The notes: generated by a model not told the origin, from the letters alone. Shown: positions 38,586 to 50,305, counted from the stretch's first letter. The stretch: 64,000 bases of DNA from Somniosus microcephalus (GCA_052327205.1 CM126205.1:19654001-19718000); one strand, 5' to 3'. A program made the numbers and translations.

Positions 38586-38854
38586 CACAGTAATATATCC
38601 CTTCACAAGAACTCAGGATAGTGCTGCTTCCCTATATACCACTGTTACATAGGGAATATATATATGAAAGACTATAATGCTGACAATAACCCTGAAGTAT
38701 GATATCCCTACTCCAATAAGAAGTGGCATAAATGTTCCAATATTGAGGATTAATTGAACATTTCGAGAAGTGAGTTGATACAATGTAGGCAGTATAGAAA
38801 ACGTATACATATGTTAAGTAGATAGAGAGTGTTTAGTTATTAATGATTACCTAC

Positions 38855-38914
38855 TTGGTTCAACAGTTAACTTGGTCCCTTTTCCAAAGGTAAGCTTGCC
38901 ACCTCCCACATTCA
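38855..38914 (-). CDS. TRAJ: J54, family A: NVGGGKLTFGKGTKLTVEP
   Basis: GT donor; RSS CACAGCA-12-GCAAAAACC. Confidence 0.93.
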
Positions 38915-40272
38915 CACAGCATTTAGTCCTTTAGCAAAAACCCCCTTCAGAACAACTTTAGTACATTGCTGCTCTGTCTGGCGGTTACATTTGAATACTT
39001 GGTATCACTAAATCCCATTATTGTGAAACTATCTGTACAAACCGTTTTAAATGACCATCGATAATCATTAGGCACATATGACTGTTCTTTTTTATTCATA
39101 CTCTTTATAACCCAAACATAAATCATTGCTTGTACATTAAAAAGGTAAGGCTACCATTTATATATCAGTTCACCAGAACTCCCCGAATGCTTCCCAAGTA
39201 GTTCTGTATGTGAAACACTCTCTCAGTACTTCCCTGGACTATCAACTTGCATTCCATGTTTTAGGCAGAGAGTGGAGATCCATCTCACAACTTTCTAACG
39301 CACAGGGTGGGCTGACAGCAACTGAGAGAAGCTATGATTTCTGGCACTTCCCGCCCAATTTCAGTCGGTTACTTCATTAATGAAAGCTTAGGTTGTTCTA
39401 TTGCAGTCATGCGTCTTTATTATCCTGAGGTTAACGTCAATAGCTGGTAAATCGTTTCCAGATTATGTCTATCATTATAGTCTTTTATATAATTGGCATA
39501 TTGTATTAAAGACTATTATGTTGGCAATAACCTGCTAACATTTGGAACTTTCTAAATAAAATGGTACAACTAAGTGATAAAAATTGTTTGACATATTGTT
39601 CATCGGTAAATGAGAGTAACATTTGATCAAACTTCAAGCCTAAATAAGGTGAACATCGTAGGCACTCACTGATTTAAAGCAATAAAGGTGAGACCATGTC
39701 CTGTGGTCAGTTTGTTATGGGTCAATTACTTTATCATTTCTTCCTGATCATTAGCAGACGAGGTAAGCTATTTTTGACAAGTTGCTAATGAAAAATAAGC
39801 ACATTCACCATTGCTAAAATTCTGCTACCACCGTTTAGATTCTATACATTGCACACTATCTCTAAACTACTCAACAAAGTGGTAATATACGTTAATCATA
39901 ACTCCATTTTCAATTGATGCAGATTACGCAAGGGCCACAAAAAATGTTTTATGGAAAATTAGGAGCAATGGAAACTATTTCAATGGCATTCAGGCCATCA
40001 GGTTACATCTTCATCGAAGATTTGAAATATCATTCAGACACTGGTACAGTCTTACTCCAGTACTAACTAACACCCCACAGTCTTTGGAGAGTCAGAGATG
40101 GGTGCAAAGTAGTGCCGGTTGTTTCAAGAAAGTCAGTATTAATTGTGCTAAACATCAGTTTATTTTGAAGATGACTAATCATATGTGGGAAGACTAAAGA
40201 AGAGATTTAATGTGATTTATTTTACAGATAGTCTATTGGAGAGAAATAACGTGGCTATATAAAATAACTTAC

Positions 40273-40332
40273 TGGGTTGTACTCTGAGCTTTGTCCCAGC
40301 TCCAAATATCAGCTTGTAGGTGTTAGCATTCA
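40273..40332 (-). CDS. TRAJ: J55, family D: NANTYKLIFGAGTKLRVQP
   Basis: GT donor; RSS CACACCA-12-ACAAAAATC. Confidence 0.9.
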
Positions 40333-40573
40333 CACACCATTACACCCCGCAACAAAAATCCCTTCCTGAACAATGATTCATCTCCCTCACACAGTCTCGA
40401 TGCAAATTATCGCCATATCTTTAGCATTTTTGAAGGAGGTCAATTCCAAAGTACGTAATCATGAGCCAAAATCACCTGAAACAGGATTTGATTCATATTT
40501 CAAGTCACTCCATGCCATGCTTCTCTTTTCTGGTCTAACACATAAAACGCACACCCTGAAACATCCCACTTAC

Positions 40574-40630
40574 TTGGTATAACTTGGAGCCTGGTCCCAG
40601 GTCCAAAGATCACCTTATCAGCAAAGTTCA
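40574..40630 (-). CDS. TRAJ: J56, family B: NFADKVIFGPGTRLQVIP
   Basis: GT donor; RSS CACAGCC-12-ACTAAAACC. Confidence 0.92.
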
Positions 40631-40933
40631 CACAGCCTGATATGCTGATACTAAAACCTGTCCCAGCCAGACATCGCATCATTAGTTATTTCTTAAAATG
40701 CTGCACTACACTAAATAAGGACAAGTTACTGGGCTAACTGAGAGCAAATCAGATTAATTCAAAGTGGCGTTTCATGAGAAAACTGCGTTTAAAGCAACAT
40801 TAATAGGTTCGGACCGAGTTCAACGGCCATCTTCAATCCCTGACATGAATATACTTTGTTCCCTGAAAGTATAAAATGCTCAGAAATCTTCGAATTGTAG
40901 AAGTTAGTTAAATATGTAAATATTTACATTTAC

Positions 40934-41007
40934 TCAGCCTCACTATGAGTTTAGTCCCTCTTTCAGACATCAGCCTTTACATAGCACTGATTCCTTCAGG
41001 AAAACTC
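40934..41007 (-). pseudogene. Decayed J remnant: RLMSERGTKLIVRL
   Basis: GTKLIV in register with a phase-1 GTAAAT donor; FG replaced by SE; degenerate CATAGCA-12-GGAAAACTC signal. Confidence 0.6.
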
Positions 41008-41204
41008 AAGCAAGGAGTCCTAACTTTACCACAATATAACTCCTGTTTGCCGATATTACTTGCTTCGTTTTGGTTAATGGTTGCTCAGACCCAAATGATC
41101 CAAATTACTCAATAATCGTCAATTCAATTCATTAACCGGACTTCCGATCATCCTAGGGTTATAGGCCGTAACATCGCTAACTTAATACATCTTGTGATAC
41201 TTAC

Positions 41205-41267
41205 TAGGTTCCACAGTCAACTTTGTTCCGCTTCCAAAAGTAAGTTTTCTGTCGCCAGTATAACTCA
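41205..41267 (-). CDS. TRAJ: J57: SYTGDRKLTFGSGTKLTVEP
   Basis: GT donor; RSS CACAGTG-12-ACACAAAGC. Confidence 0.92.
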
Positions 41268-41534
41268 CACAGTGCCATACTGCACAACACAAAGCCTTCG
41301 GTTCGTTCTGGCTAAAATGCCTACCCAACACAACTCACAGTAGCATTCAGATACAAAATCTGGCAGCAAAGCACTATTAATGAGATTTTATCGATCAATT
41401 GCAGCATTACTTTCGAATTCTCGTCCTATATTTCACCTGGCCTATCGTTATATAACCACACTATATCTCACGGCGGCGAATTTAAAGATTCTGTACCTCT
41501 ATCTAATGGTCGAGATAAACAGTCTTATATCTAC

Positions 41535-41596
41535 CTGGTTGTACAGTAACTTTGGTGCCAGATCCGAATATGAGTTTGTAACTGGTAACATCCTCC
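41535..41596 (-). CDS. TRAJ: J58: EDVTSYKLIFGSGTKVTVQP
   Basis: AG|GTAGAT donor; RSS CACGGTG-12-ACAAAAACT. Confidence 0.9.
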
Positions 41597-42081
41597 CACG
41601 GTGACAACCAGATTGACAAAAACTATATTTCTACCGTGAAAGGGATGGGAAGGAATATAATTGAAAGTTTCAGTGCCATTGTTGCCATCGTTCATCGCAA
41701 CATCATATCCAGAAATCCTCCAATTATAGAAACTGATTTAAATTCGTAAAGTGCAGCCCCAGTTTGCTCCTGTCTATGTTTTGTCCCATTACGAAATGCT
41801 ACCTTATCATTTTCAAAACAATGGACTCTTTCTCACGAAAATTGAGGGTGCCAACTGCAAATTCACTTCATTATAATTAGCTGTAGCCAATATTCGTGTT
41901 TGCTTTCTTTCAGTTAATCATTAGTCACACACAGAAAAGGGAATGGATGTAACTTTTTCCCCTTTGTTCATTATCGGGTGCCAATCCTGCCCTATGCAAA
42001 ATGCTCATAAGTCTCAGTAAATGTTATCCCCGGGTTTACGTCCAGTTATATGAATAATGAATGGCCATTTGCGACACTTAC

Positions 42082-42144
42082 TTGGTTCCACAGTTAGTTT
42101 CGTCCCATTTCCAAAAATCAGTTTGCTACCGCTGCTATAACTCA
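42082..42144 (-). CDS. TRAJ: J59: SYSSGSKLIFGNGTKLTVEP (weak RSS)
   Basis: GT donor; RSS CACGCTA-12-ACACAATCC. Confidence 0.87.
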
Positions 42145-42678
42145 CACGCTAACATATTTCATAACACAATCCCTGGCTGCAGTTCCATTTGGCAGCATAC
42201 ACGGTTACAACTTCTAATTTTAGGTGGCCTGAGAATATGTTCTGGTTGCAAAACATTCCAGTCTAACACTATGGGGTCAGTTAAAATCTCCTTTCCTACT
42301 GTCGAATTTAACCTGAGCTAACTTCACATATTATATGAAAGACTGTTCTCTCATCTACACTATAACACTTTCAATCCTAACAGAACCTAGCACAGTTCAT
42401 ATTTAATTAATTTTGCTACAATTGAATTAAGAATTGATTTATGAACTCCTCATGTTCAAGTCTATCACATATGCCAGTTAATGATATGGTCAATACTGTA
42501 ATATAAAATTCTAGCTGTATTTCTCAGTAGTACCCTTTCTTTGCTTCTTAATCGAACTTTTACAATGTTTGATGTTGTTTCTAACCATTCCCATTTGCAC
42601 TTTCAAATTTCGCTGGTCAGTGTAAATTTATCCATCTCTAGCAGCTCCTAATCCAAACATAAACAGTTCCATACTCAC

Positions 42679-42741
42679 TTGGAATTACAGTGAGTTTGGT
42701 CCCGGTTCCGAATATGAGCTTATAACCACTTCCATCCTTCC
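42679..42741 (-). CDS. TRAJ: J60: KDGSGYKLIFGTGTKLTVIP
   Basis: GTGAGT donor; consensus RSS CACAGTG-12-ACAAAAACC. Confidence 0.95.
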
Positions 42742-43419
42742 CACAGTGACAACTTGGTTTACAAAAACCCCTCAAGGGATGTGTCATCACGATGCACACT
42801 ATTAGGCATAGCGTGCAGATACAAAAAAATATCCGTTTTACATTGAGTTGTCTTCATGATAGTGATGGGAACCTCGATCACATTATTAACTGAAGAGATC
42901 ATATTGATAATTTTCGATGTTACAATCATTTTTGCGAAACCTCGCTATACATAACTAACAACTGACGAGTTAGCGTGATTTAACATTAATGAACAACACG
43001 GAACTGGTTTACTTGCAAACGCTAGCCCAGGTGATTGTGCTTGGATATCCGAAGCTCATTAAAGAGAACCTGCCCTTTAACCTAATGTGGTCCACTTTTG
43101 ACGACATTTCAACAATCAGTTACAATAAGAGATGCAATATTTAAACAGTGATGTTAGAATAATTCCAATTACTTAATTTCCTTGTGATTTATCCTCGACA
43201 CTTCACTATACGCATTGTCCGCTGTAACATTGTAACAACCTTTGTTTGAGAAGCAACAGACAGCTATTTTCACCGTACACAGAAATAATATTATATAAAT
43301 TGGTATATTGATGTACCTTTTATTTAAATGCACAAAAGGTAACACCAATATTGAATCAATGGTGTTTCGATTTATTTCCAAATCCCTTTAGAATGTTATT
43401 ATTGAATCTGCTTTCACCG

Positions 43420-44305
43420 CCCTTTCAGGTAGTGCATTCCAGATCATAAGAACTCGCTGCATAAAAATAATTTCTCCTCATTTCTCCTCTGCTTTTTTTT
43501 TTGCCAATTATCTTAAATCCTCTGGTTGCCCACTCTCCTGTCAGTTGAAACAGTTTCTCCTTATTTACTCTGTCAAACCCCTTCATAATTTGGAACAGCT
43601 CTAGTAAATCTACCTTATTTAATGAGAATCCATTAATATAAGTTAAGAACATAAGAAATAGGAGCAGGAGTGGGCCATTTGGCCACACGAGCCTGCTCCG
43701 CTATTCAATCAGATCATGGCTGATCTTCTACCTCAACTTCACTTTCCTGCACTATCCCCATATCCCTTGATTCCCTTAATATCCAAAAATCTATCGATCT
43801 CTGTCTTGAATATACTCAATGACTGAGCCTCCACAGCCCTCTGGGGTAGAGAATTCCAAAGATTCACCACCCTCTGAGAGAAGAAATTTCTCCTCATCTC
43901 AGTCCTAAATGGCCGACCCTTTATTACGAGACTGTGACCCCTGGTTCTAGACTCCCCAGCCAGGGAAAGCATCCTCCCTGCATCTACCCTGTCAAGCCCT
44001 GTAAGAATTGTGCATGTTTCAATGAGATCACCTCTCATTCTTCTAAACTCTAGAGAATATAGGCCTCGTCTACTCAATCTCTCCTCATAGGACAATCCCC
44101 CAGCCCAGGAACCAGTCTGGTGAACCTTCGTTGCACTCCCTCTATGGCAAGTATATCCTTCCTTAGGTAAGGAGACCAAAACTGTACACAGTACTCCAGG
44201 TGTGGTCTCACCAGGGCCCTATATAATTGTAGTAAGACGTCTTTACTCTTATACTCAAATCCTCTTGTAATAAAGGCCAACATACCATTTGCTTTTCTAA
44301 TTGGC
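43420..44305 (-). mobile_element. Two CR1 LINE fragments (old ~43420-43620; younger ~43645-44305)
   Basis: ORFs 43739-44179 and 44074-44283 carry LVRPHLEYCVQFWSP and RRMRGDLIE motifs; (TTCTTATG)-type tail at ~43645. Confidence 0.9.
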
Positions 44306-44404
44306 TAAGTTAACAATATTTTATTAAACCGTGCACCTGTAACTACCACTTGAACAATTGATTGTTACTGTTGATTGTATTCAACAATATGCTCTCTTAC
44401 TTAC

Positions 44405-44467
44405 TGGGTGCTACAGTCAGTCTGGTCCCACCGCCAAATGTCAGTGGAGTTGCTGCCCCTGCATTCA
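44405..44467 (-). CDS. TRAJ: J61: NAGAATPLTFGGGTRLTVAP
   Basis: GT donor; RSS CACAACG-12-ACAAAAACC. Confidence 0.91.
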
Positions 44468-44895
44468 CACAACGCCTAACGCCTGCACAAAAACCTTTCT
44501 AGTCAACGCTTTAGATAGTTACTCAGTCAGTACTTTTTGCTGTCCAACTAAATTGGCAAAATTTCATCAACTTTGCTTGCAACTTCCATCCCTCCCGTAC
44601 ATTCACACCGTCCATCTTCAACTCTTTCCTTCTCTTCCTCGGCTCCTCTATCTCCATTTCTGGGGATAGGATCTCCAGCAATGTTTACTAAAAAAGGCCA
44701 AATCCTCTCCAGAACGCCCTTTATACTTCAACAAACCTGTTTCCTTATGCTTTATGTTTAAAAAAAAATGATTTCAGGAAATATATAGTTATGTTTTGCT
44801 TCGTTTTTCTTGAAGTTTCTGACATGCTTGCAACAAGATCAACAAATTCGACACCAGGTCAAGAATAGTGATGAATTGCGACTTCCAAGACTTAC

Positions 44896-44961
44896 TGGGT
44901 GCCACGATTAACTTGGTTCCTTGTCCAAATGTTAGCTTCCCGAGTCCTCCTCCAGCATTCA
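44896..44961 (-). CDS. TRAJ: J62: NAGGGLGKLTFGQGTKLIVAP
   Basis: GT donor; RSS CACAGTA-12-ACAAAAACT. Confidence 0.94.
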
Positions 44962-45264
44962 CACAGTACCAATCACCGGTACAAAAACTCCTTCCTGCTA
45001 TTTTGATGTCGGGAGGACGTTTCTGCCGTTGATAACTCGGCACTTCTATCGTCTACAACAATTTCAGGACAAAACGATTCAAGTGACTTAATTCTATGTA
45101 TTATCCCGCAACCTATTCCTGTTCTCAAAAGTGCTAACGTCCTCCTTAAAACCCGCATTATAGACAGTTTTTAAAGTTTGCAACATTATTCCAAACCATT
45201 GTTATTGGTCTGCACTTATCAACCCAGCCATTGGCGAAAGGCCACATTATTCCCCTAATAACTT

Positions 45265-46035
45265 GCCCAATTGTAGGAAGAGCAAAACTAGAGGTCATCA
45301 TTATAAGATAGTCACCAAGAAACCCAATAGGGAATTCAGAAGAAACTTCTTTACCGAGAGTGTGGTGAGAATGTGGAACTCGCTACCACAGGGAGTGTTT
45401 GAAGCGAGTAGTATCGATGCATTTAAGGGGTGGTTAGATAAGCATATGAGGGAGAAGGGAATAGAGGGTTATGCCGATAGATTTAGAGGAGGAAAGACGG
45501 GAGGAGCCCCGAGTGAAGCATAAACGCCGGCATGGACTGGTTGGGCCGAATGGCCTGTTTCTGTGCTGTATAACCTATGTAATCCTATGTAACTGTATTT
45601 GCACAACTTGCCAATTAACTTCAAGTAACAATATACCATGTAAACACAACAAAACAGTAAGCATCGAAGATTTCAAGATTTTAAGGGGAACTGGCAGAGC
45701 AGATAGAGAGAAACTATTTCCGCTGGTTGGGGAGTCTAGACTAGGGGACATAGTCCAAAAGCTAGAGCCAGGCGTTTGAATAGTGAAGTTCGGAAACACT
45801 TCTACACGCAAAGGGTGGTAAAAGCTTAGAACTCTCTTCCTCGAACAGCAGGTCATGCTGGGTCAATTGATAATTGTAAATCTGAGATTGATATATCTTT
45901 GTTAACCGAAGGTATTAAAGGGAATGGGGCAAAGGTGGGTATATCGAGTTAGGTCACAGATCAGCCATAATCTCAGTGAATGGCGGAACAGGTTCGAGGG
46001 TCTAAATGACCTCCCCCCGTTCCTATGTTCCTATC
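45265..46035 (+). mobile_element. Two CR1 3' fragments (~45265-45590, ~45670-46035)
   Basis: TRGH..FRRNFFT..WNSLPQ translation; CR1-type 3' UTR and short tail repeats. Confidence 0.85.
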
Positions 46036-46095
46036 TTCATTGTTTTATAGTGAAGGTATCTTATTTGTTAATGTAACAAACGGCAACACACTTAC

Positions 46096-46160
46096 TGGGT
46101 TCTACAAGTAGGCTGGTTCCTTTTCCAAATGTTAGCTTTTCCAGCCCTCCTCCATAATCA
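46096..46160 (-). CDS. TRAJ: J63: DYGGGLEKLTFGKGTSLLVEP
   Basis: GT donor; consensus RSS CACAGTG-12-ACAAAAACC. Confidence 0.95.
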
Positions 46161-47378
46161 CACAGTGTGATATGCCTTAACAAAAACCTGTTGTACTCAA
46201 CTGTATCACCTGTTGAACCACCATGTATCGTCTTTTCTATACCCATCGCGTGCTGCTACTTTTAAGTTACACGCTATTTCTCCCTCAAATTCTAATATAA
46301 TGCCATTCGAATTATGCAATATCTTTGAGTACACAAGTATATGGGGAACAAGCACACTAGATTGTTAAGATGTTGTCAAAATATTTGCAGAGGTTGCCAG
46401 CTACTGTCAAAAAATAATCAATAAGAGTGATATCCTGGAAAAATATTATAATATTAAGTTAGGATGCTTTGACATTGTATCAATATTGAATGGAAGCTGG
46501 AATCCAAGCAAAATATCGATTTCAGTGTTGATTGGCCATAACTACTGTTTATTTCCCCCAAGTCTTGGTTAATGATAGTACGCTTCATATAAAATACAAG
46601 ACAATAATTTAATACAAACCCTCTCTCAGGATTACGAGTTATTGGAGATTGTAGACTTAAAAAAATCCTTCAGATACATGTTTCTGGCAGAAATCGCCAA
46701 GATTCCAAAAATGGTACGTTGTTGAACAATATTTCTACCATTAATTTAGTTCTTATTCCTTATCCGACCTTTCTGATTCCTATTCTAACGCCACACAATA
46801 ATTATTTTTAACAAATATAACCACTCCACAATACGCATGCATAAGATTGTGTTTATGAACAGCTAACCACGAGAATACATGGTGACATGTTGTCAGCCTT
46901 AGAAAATAACAAGGTTTATACATGTTGCAGTGCCAATCAGTATGTCAAATCTACCTCAGAAGCTCCATTTTCAAAGGATATGCATCTCATTATTACCCGC
47001 GACATGCATGCTAACCATTCAACTTTAAAAAATCTAATTGCATTGCATTCTTTTCTTAACGTTGTATCTTTTAGAGGACATATGGTATTAAGATTAACCT
47101 GACTTCAACTCTTTTTGGTGCAAGTTAACGACTCACTGCAAATTCAGCCTGTAGTCCTTCTAAATGGCAATTTATTTCGCTGAATCGTGATGCAAAGGGA
47201 AAATCCACCCCAGCTTCATAAATTCACGTATTCCTTTTTGTTAGATGAATGAACCATCTTATAAGTTATCACAAACCACACAACAGTTTCCGATCAATAA
47301 TATTGCCTTAACTCAGAATCTTGTAATAAAACATTACATGGCATTGTAGATACTTCAATACACTTTGTTGGTACTCAC

Positions 47379-47441
47379 TCGGTGTCACAACGAGTTTAGT
47401 CCCAGTTCCAAAAGTGAGCTTCTGCACTCCTCCAGTATTCA
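47379..47441 (-). CDS. TRAJ: J64: NTGGVQKLTFGTGTKLVVTP
   Basis: GTGAGT donor; RSS CACACCA-12-ACAAAAACT. Confidence 0.91.
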
Positions 47442-47499
47442 CACACCAATAAACATCCTAACAAAAACTCGCCCTCGTTGGAGACACTTATACTTCACA

Positions 47500-48165
47500 C
47501 CCATTCCCTGCCTAAACCTCTCTGCCTCGCTTCCTCTCTTTCCTACTTTAAGACGCTCCTTAAAACCTACCTCTTTAGAATATAGAAACATAGAAAAATA
47601 GGAGCAGGAGCAGACCATTCGGCCCTTCGAGCCTGCCCCGCCATTCAATATGATCATGGCTGATCCTCTATCTCAATACCATATTCCCGCTCTCTCCCCA
47701 TACCCCTTGATACCTTTTGTGTCTAGAAATCTATCTATCTCCTTCTTAAATATATTCAGTGACTTGGCCTCCACAGCCTTCTGTGGTAGAGAATTCCACA
47801 GGTTCACCACCCTCTGAGGGAAGAAATTTCTCCTCATCTCAGTCCAAAATGTCCTACCCCATATCCTGAGACTGTGACCCCTCGTTCTAGACCCCCCCAG
47901 CCAGGGGAAACATCCTCCCTGCATCCAGTCTGTCTAGCCCTGTCAGAATTTTATACGTTTCAATGAGATCCCCTCTCATTCTTCTAAACTCTAGTGAATA
48001 AAGGCCTAGTCGACCTTTGACCAAGCTTTTGGTCACCTGCCCTAATTTATCCTTATGTGGGTCGGTGTCAATTTTCTTTGTCTTAAAATACTCCTCTGCA
48101 GCGACTTGGGACGTTTTACTATTTAAAGGCGCTATATAAATACAAATTGTTCTTGTTGTTGTTGT
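47500..48165. mobile_element. L2-like 3' end (+) interrupted by a minus-strand CR1 (~47578-48012)
   Basis: ttaagacgctccttaaaacctacctcttt | CR1 | acctttgaccaagcttttggtcacc..ggcgctatataaat..(ttg)n. Confidence 0.8.
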
Positions 48166-48983
48166 GTTTATTCTACTGTGAATTCTGCAGTCAGGGAGAG
48201 CAGAATAATATTTTGTCCATATGAGTTATTACTTTATTTCCGAGTATCGGTGCTTTAACTAGAAGTCTTTGAAGATTAATTGTTGGCGTGGCTTTATTAT
48301 ACTATCACAGAAATACACTGCAGACTTTCGTATTATTTTGCCTTGACCAAGATCGATAGATTTTGGGATACTCAGGGAACCGAGAGATATGGGGACAGTG
48401 CGGGAAAGTTGAGCTGAGGTAGAAGATCAGCCATTATCTTATTAAATGGCAGAGCAGGCTCGGATGGACGAATAGGCTAATCCTGCTCCTATTTCTTATG
48501 TTCTTACGATTGAATTCAACAGTTAAATTAGGTGAGATTATTGATTAACATAAGGACAGAAGAAATAGGAGCAGCAGTGGACCATTCGGCCCCTCTAGCC
48601 TGCTCCACCGTTCAATAAGATCAGGGCTGATCATCTACCTCATCTCCACTTTAATGGAGTTAGCACTCCAGAATTATATTGGATACCGTCAAAAGATCTG
48701 CTGTTCATGTACCAAACGGCTTGTTATAAACACTTTCAATGCATGATTGATAGATGTACAAAATGAAAGGACTCCTGTAATTTCTGCTGAAGTAATATAA
48801 CCATTTATATATACTTCTATTTCATTCTACCCTCGTAAGTCAAAATTACACCTCTTCTGAGCTTTGTGATGGGCTATCTGTTTAGGTATTTATCATTCAA
48901 CCCCAATGCAATTAAACCCAGGTTGGATTATTTTGTACTAAAATAATTGTGAGTTTTAGATAAGACAAGAGCAGCAGACTTAC

Positions 48984-49046
48984 TTGGGACTACAGTCAAT
49001 CGAGTTCCACTTCCAAATATTAGCTTGTTCCCTACTGCATTATTCA
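48984..49046 (-). CDS. TRAJ: J65: NNAVGNKLIFGSGTRLTVVP
   Basis: GT donor; RSS CACAGTG-12-ACAAAAACT. Confidence 0.95.
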
Positions 49047-49274
49047 CACAGTGCAATACCTCTCAACAAAAACTATGTATATCCTACCTTTGTCGCCGGT
49101 TACATGAAAGGTATGTCGAGAGTAATTAGAGGGGGAAATAGCTGCAGGTTCTCCTTCCTAGCCCAAGGGAGGAGAGATCAGCCTTTGCGACCGTGACCTA
49201 TCCCCATTTAAGATTGAGAAAGCCAACACCGGCTACCGATATAAGCTGGGAACTTTCTCGCTGACCTATATGGA

Positions 49275-49680
49275 CTCCCGGTCCGGCAACGCTAAAATTC
49301 TCACTCTGGTTTCCAATCCCTCCATGGCCTCACCCTTCCCTATCTCTGTAACCTCCTCCAGCCCTACAACCCTCCAATATCTCTGCGCTCCTCCAATTCT
49401 GGCCTTTTGCACATCCCGATATTAATCGCTCCATTGTTGGCGGCCGTGCCTTCTGCTGTCTGGGTCCTAAGCTCTGGACTTCCCTCCCCAAGCCTCTCCT
49501 CTTCTCTACCTCTCTCTCCTTCTTTAAGACGCTCCTTAAAACCTGCCTCTTTGACCAGTCACCTGTCCTAATACCTCCTTGTATGGCTCGGTGTCAAACC
49601 TCGTTTGTTAACGCTCCTTTGAAGCACCTTGTGTGGTTTTACTGCGTTAATGGTGCTATATAAATACAGGTTCTTGTCCT
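49275..49680 (+). mobile_element. L2-like LINE 3' fragment
   Basis: aaaattctc..ccatggcctc..cctatctctgtaacctcctccagccc..gctatataaatac; same family as 61585-62175 and 63500-63915. Confidence 0.75.
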
Positions 49681-49931
49681 AATAAAAAGCACAGTTTTAA
49701 ACCATTTGAGAACTGGAGAATTGCATCCTTCAGCAAGTGGATGTCGAGATCGATAGAAGCAAAGGGTTGAACACATCTTTTCCTGGCTTCCATCGATCTC
49801 TACAACCAGTTGGATTCTCAACAGATCCAGACAATGTTTCAACTGGGATGTACACACGCTGAGATGTTTCAAAACCTCGTTTACTATACCTAATCAGATA
49901 TTATAACTTCAATGGACATTTCAGTACTCAC

Positions 49932-49997
49932 TGGGTTCGACGAGTAACCTTGTGCCATTTCCAAATGTTAGTTTGTTAGCTCCACCACCAGAAGTCA
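49932..49997 (-). CDS. TRAJ: J66: TSGGGANKLTFGNGTRLLVEP
   Basis: GTGAGT donor; RSS CACAGCG-12-GCAAAAATA. Confidence 0.92.
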
Positions 49998-50141
49998 CAC
50001 AGCGTTACACGCCATTGCAAAAATACCATCGGTCCATCCGGACCTGGGACCTTACCACTGGTGCTGTCCATCCAGACTTTGAAAAGGCATTGTCACATTT
50101 CAGATAATAATTCATTCTTTTGGACTTATAGGGGAGGGGGG

Positions 50142-50305
50142 GGGGTGAAATCGGATATAGACTGCGATGTTATCACACCGATATATGCCCCGTCCGATAT
50201 GAAGTTACCGACTTCAATAGCATTGAATATCGGGCGTTTCGTATAATGTGCGGCAAAAGCGATTTCGAAGGTTTTCGCGTCTCCACCGAGGTCTAATCTC
50301 ACCCC
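50142..50305. mobile_element. Possible short MITE
   Basis: Imperfect terminal inverted repeats GGGGTGAAATCGGA / TCTAATCTCACCCC and an internal hairpin cgtccgatat..atatcgggcg. Confidence 0.45.

Noticed and set aside
41055-41105. Weak J-like stretch (minus strand SFGSEQPLTK before GTAAT)
   Set aside because: No GT-x-L-x-V pattern and no heptamer or nonamer at the expected distance
47110-47165. Weak J-like stretch near ttggtgcaagttaac
   Set aside because: No FGxG motif, splice donor or RSS
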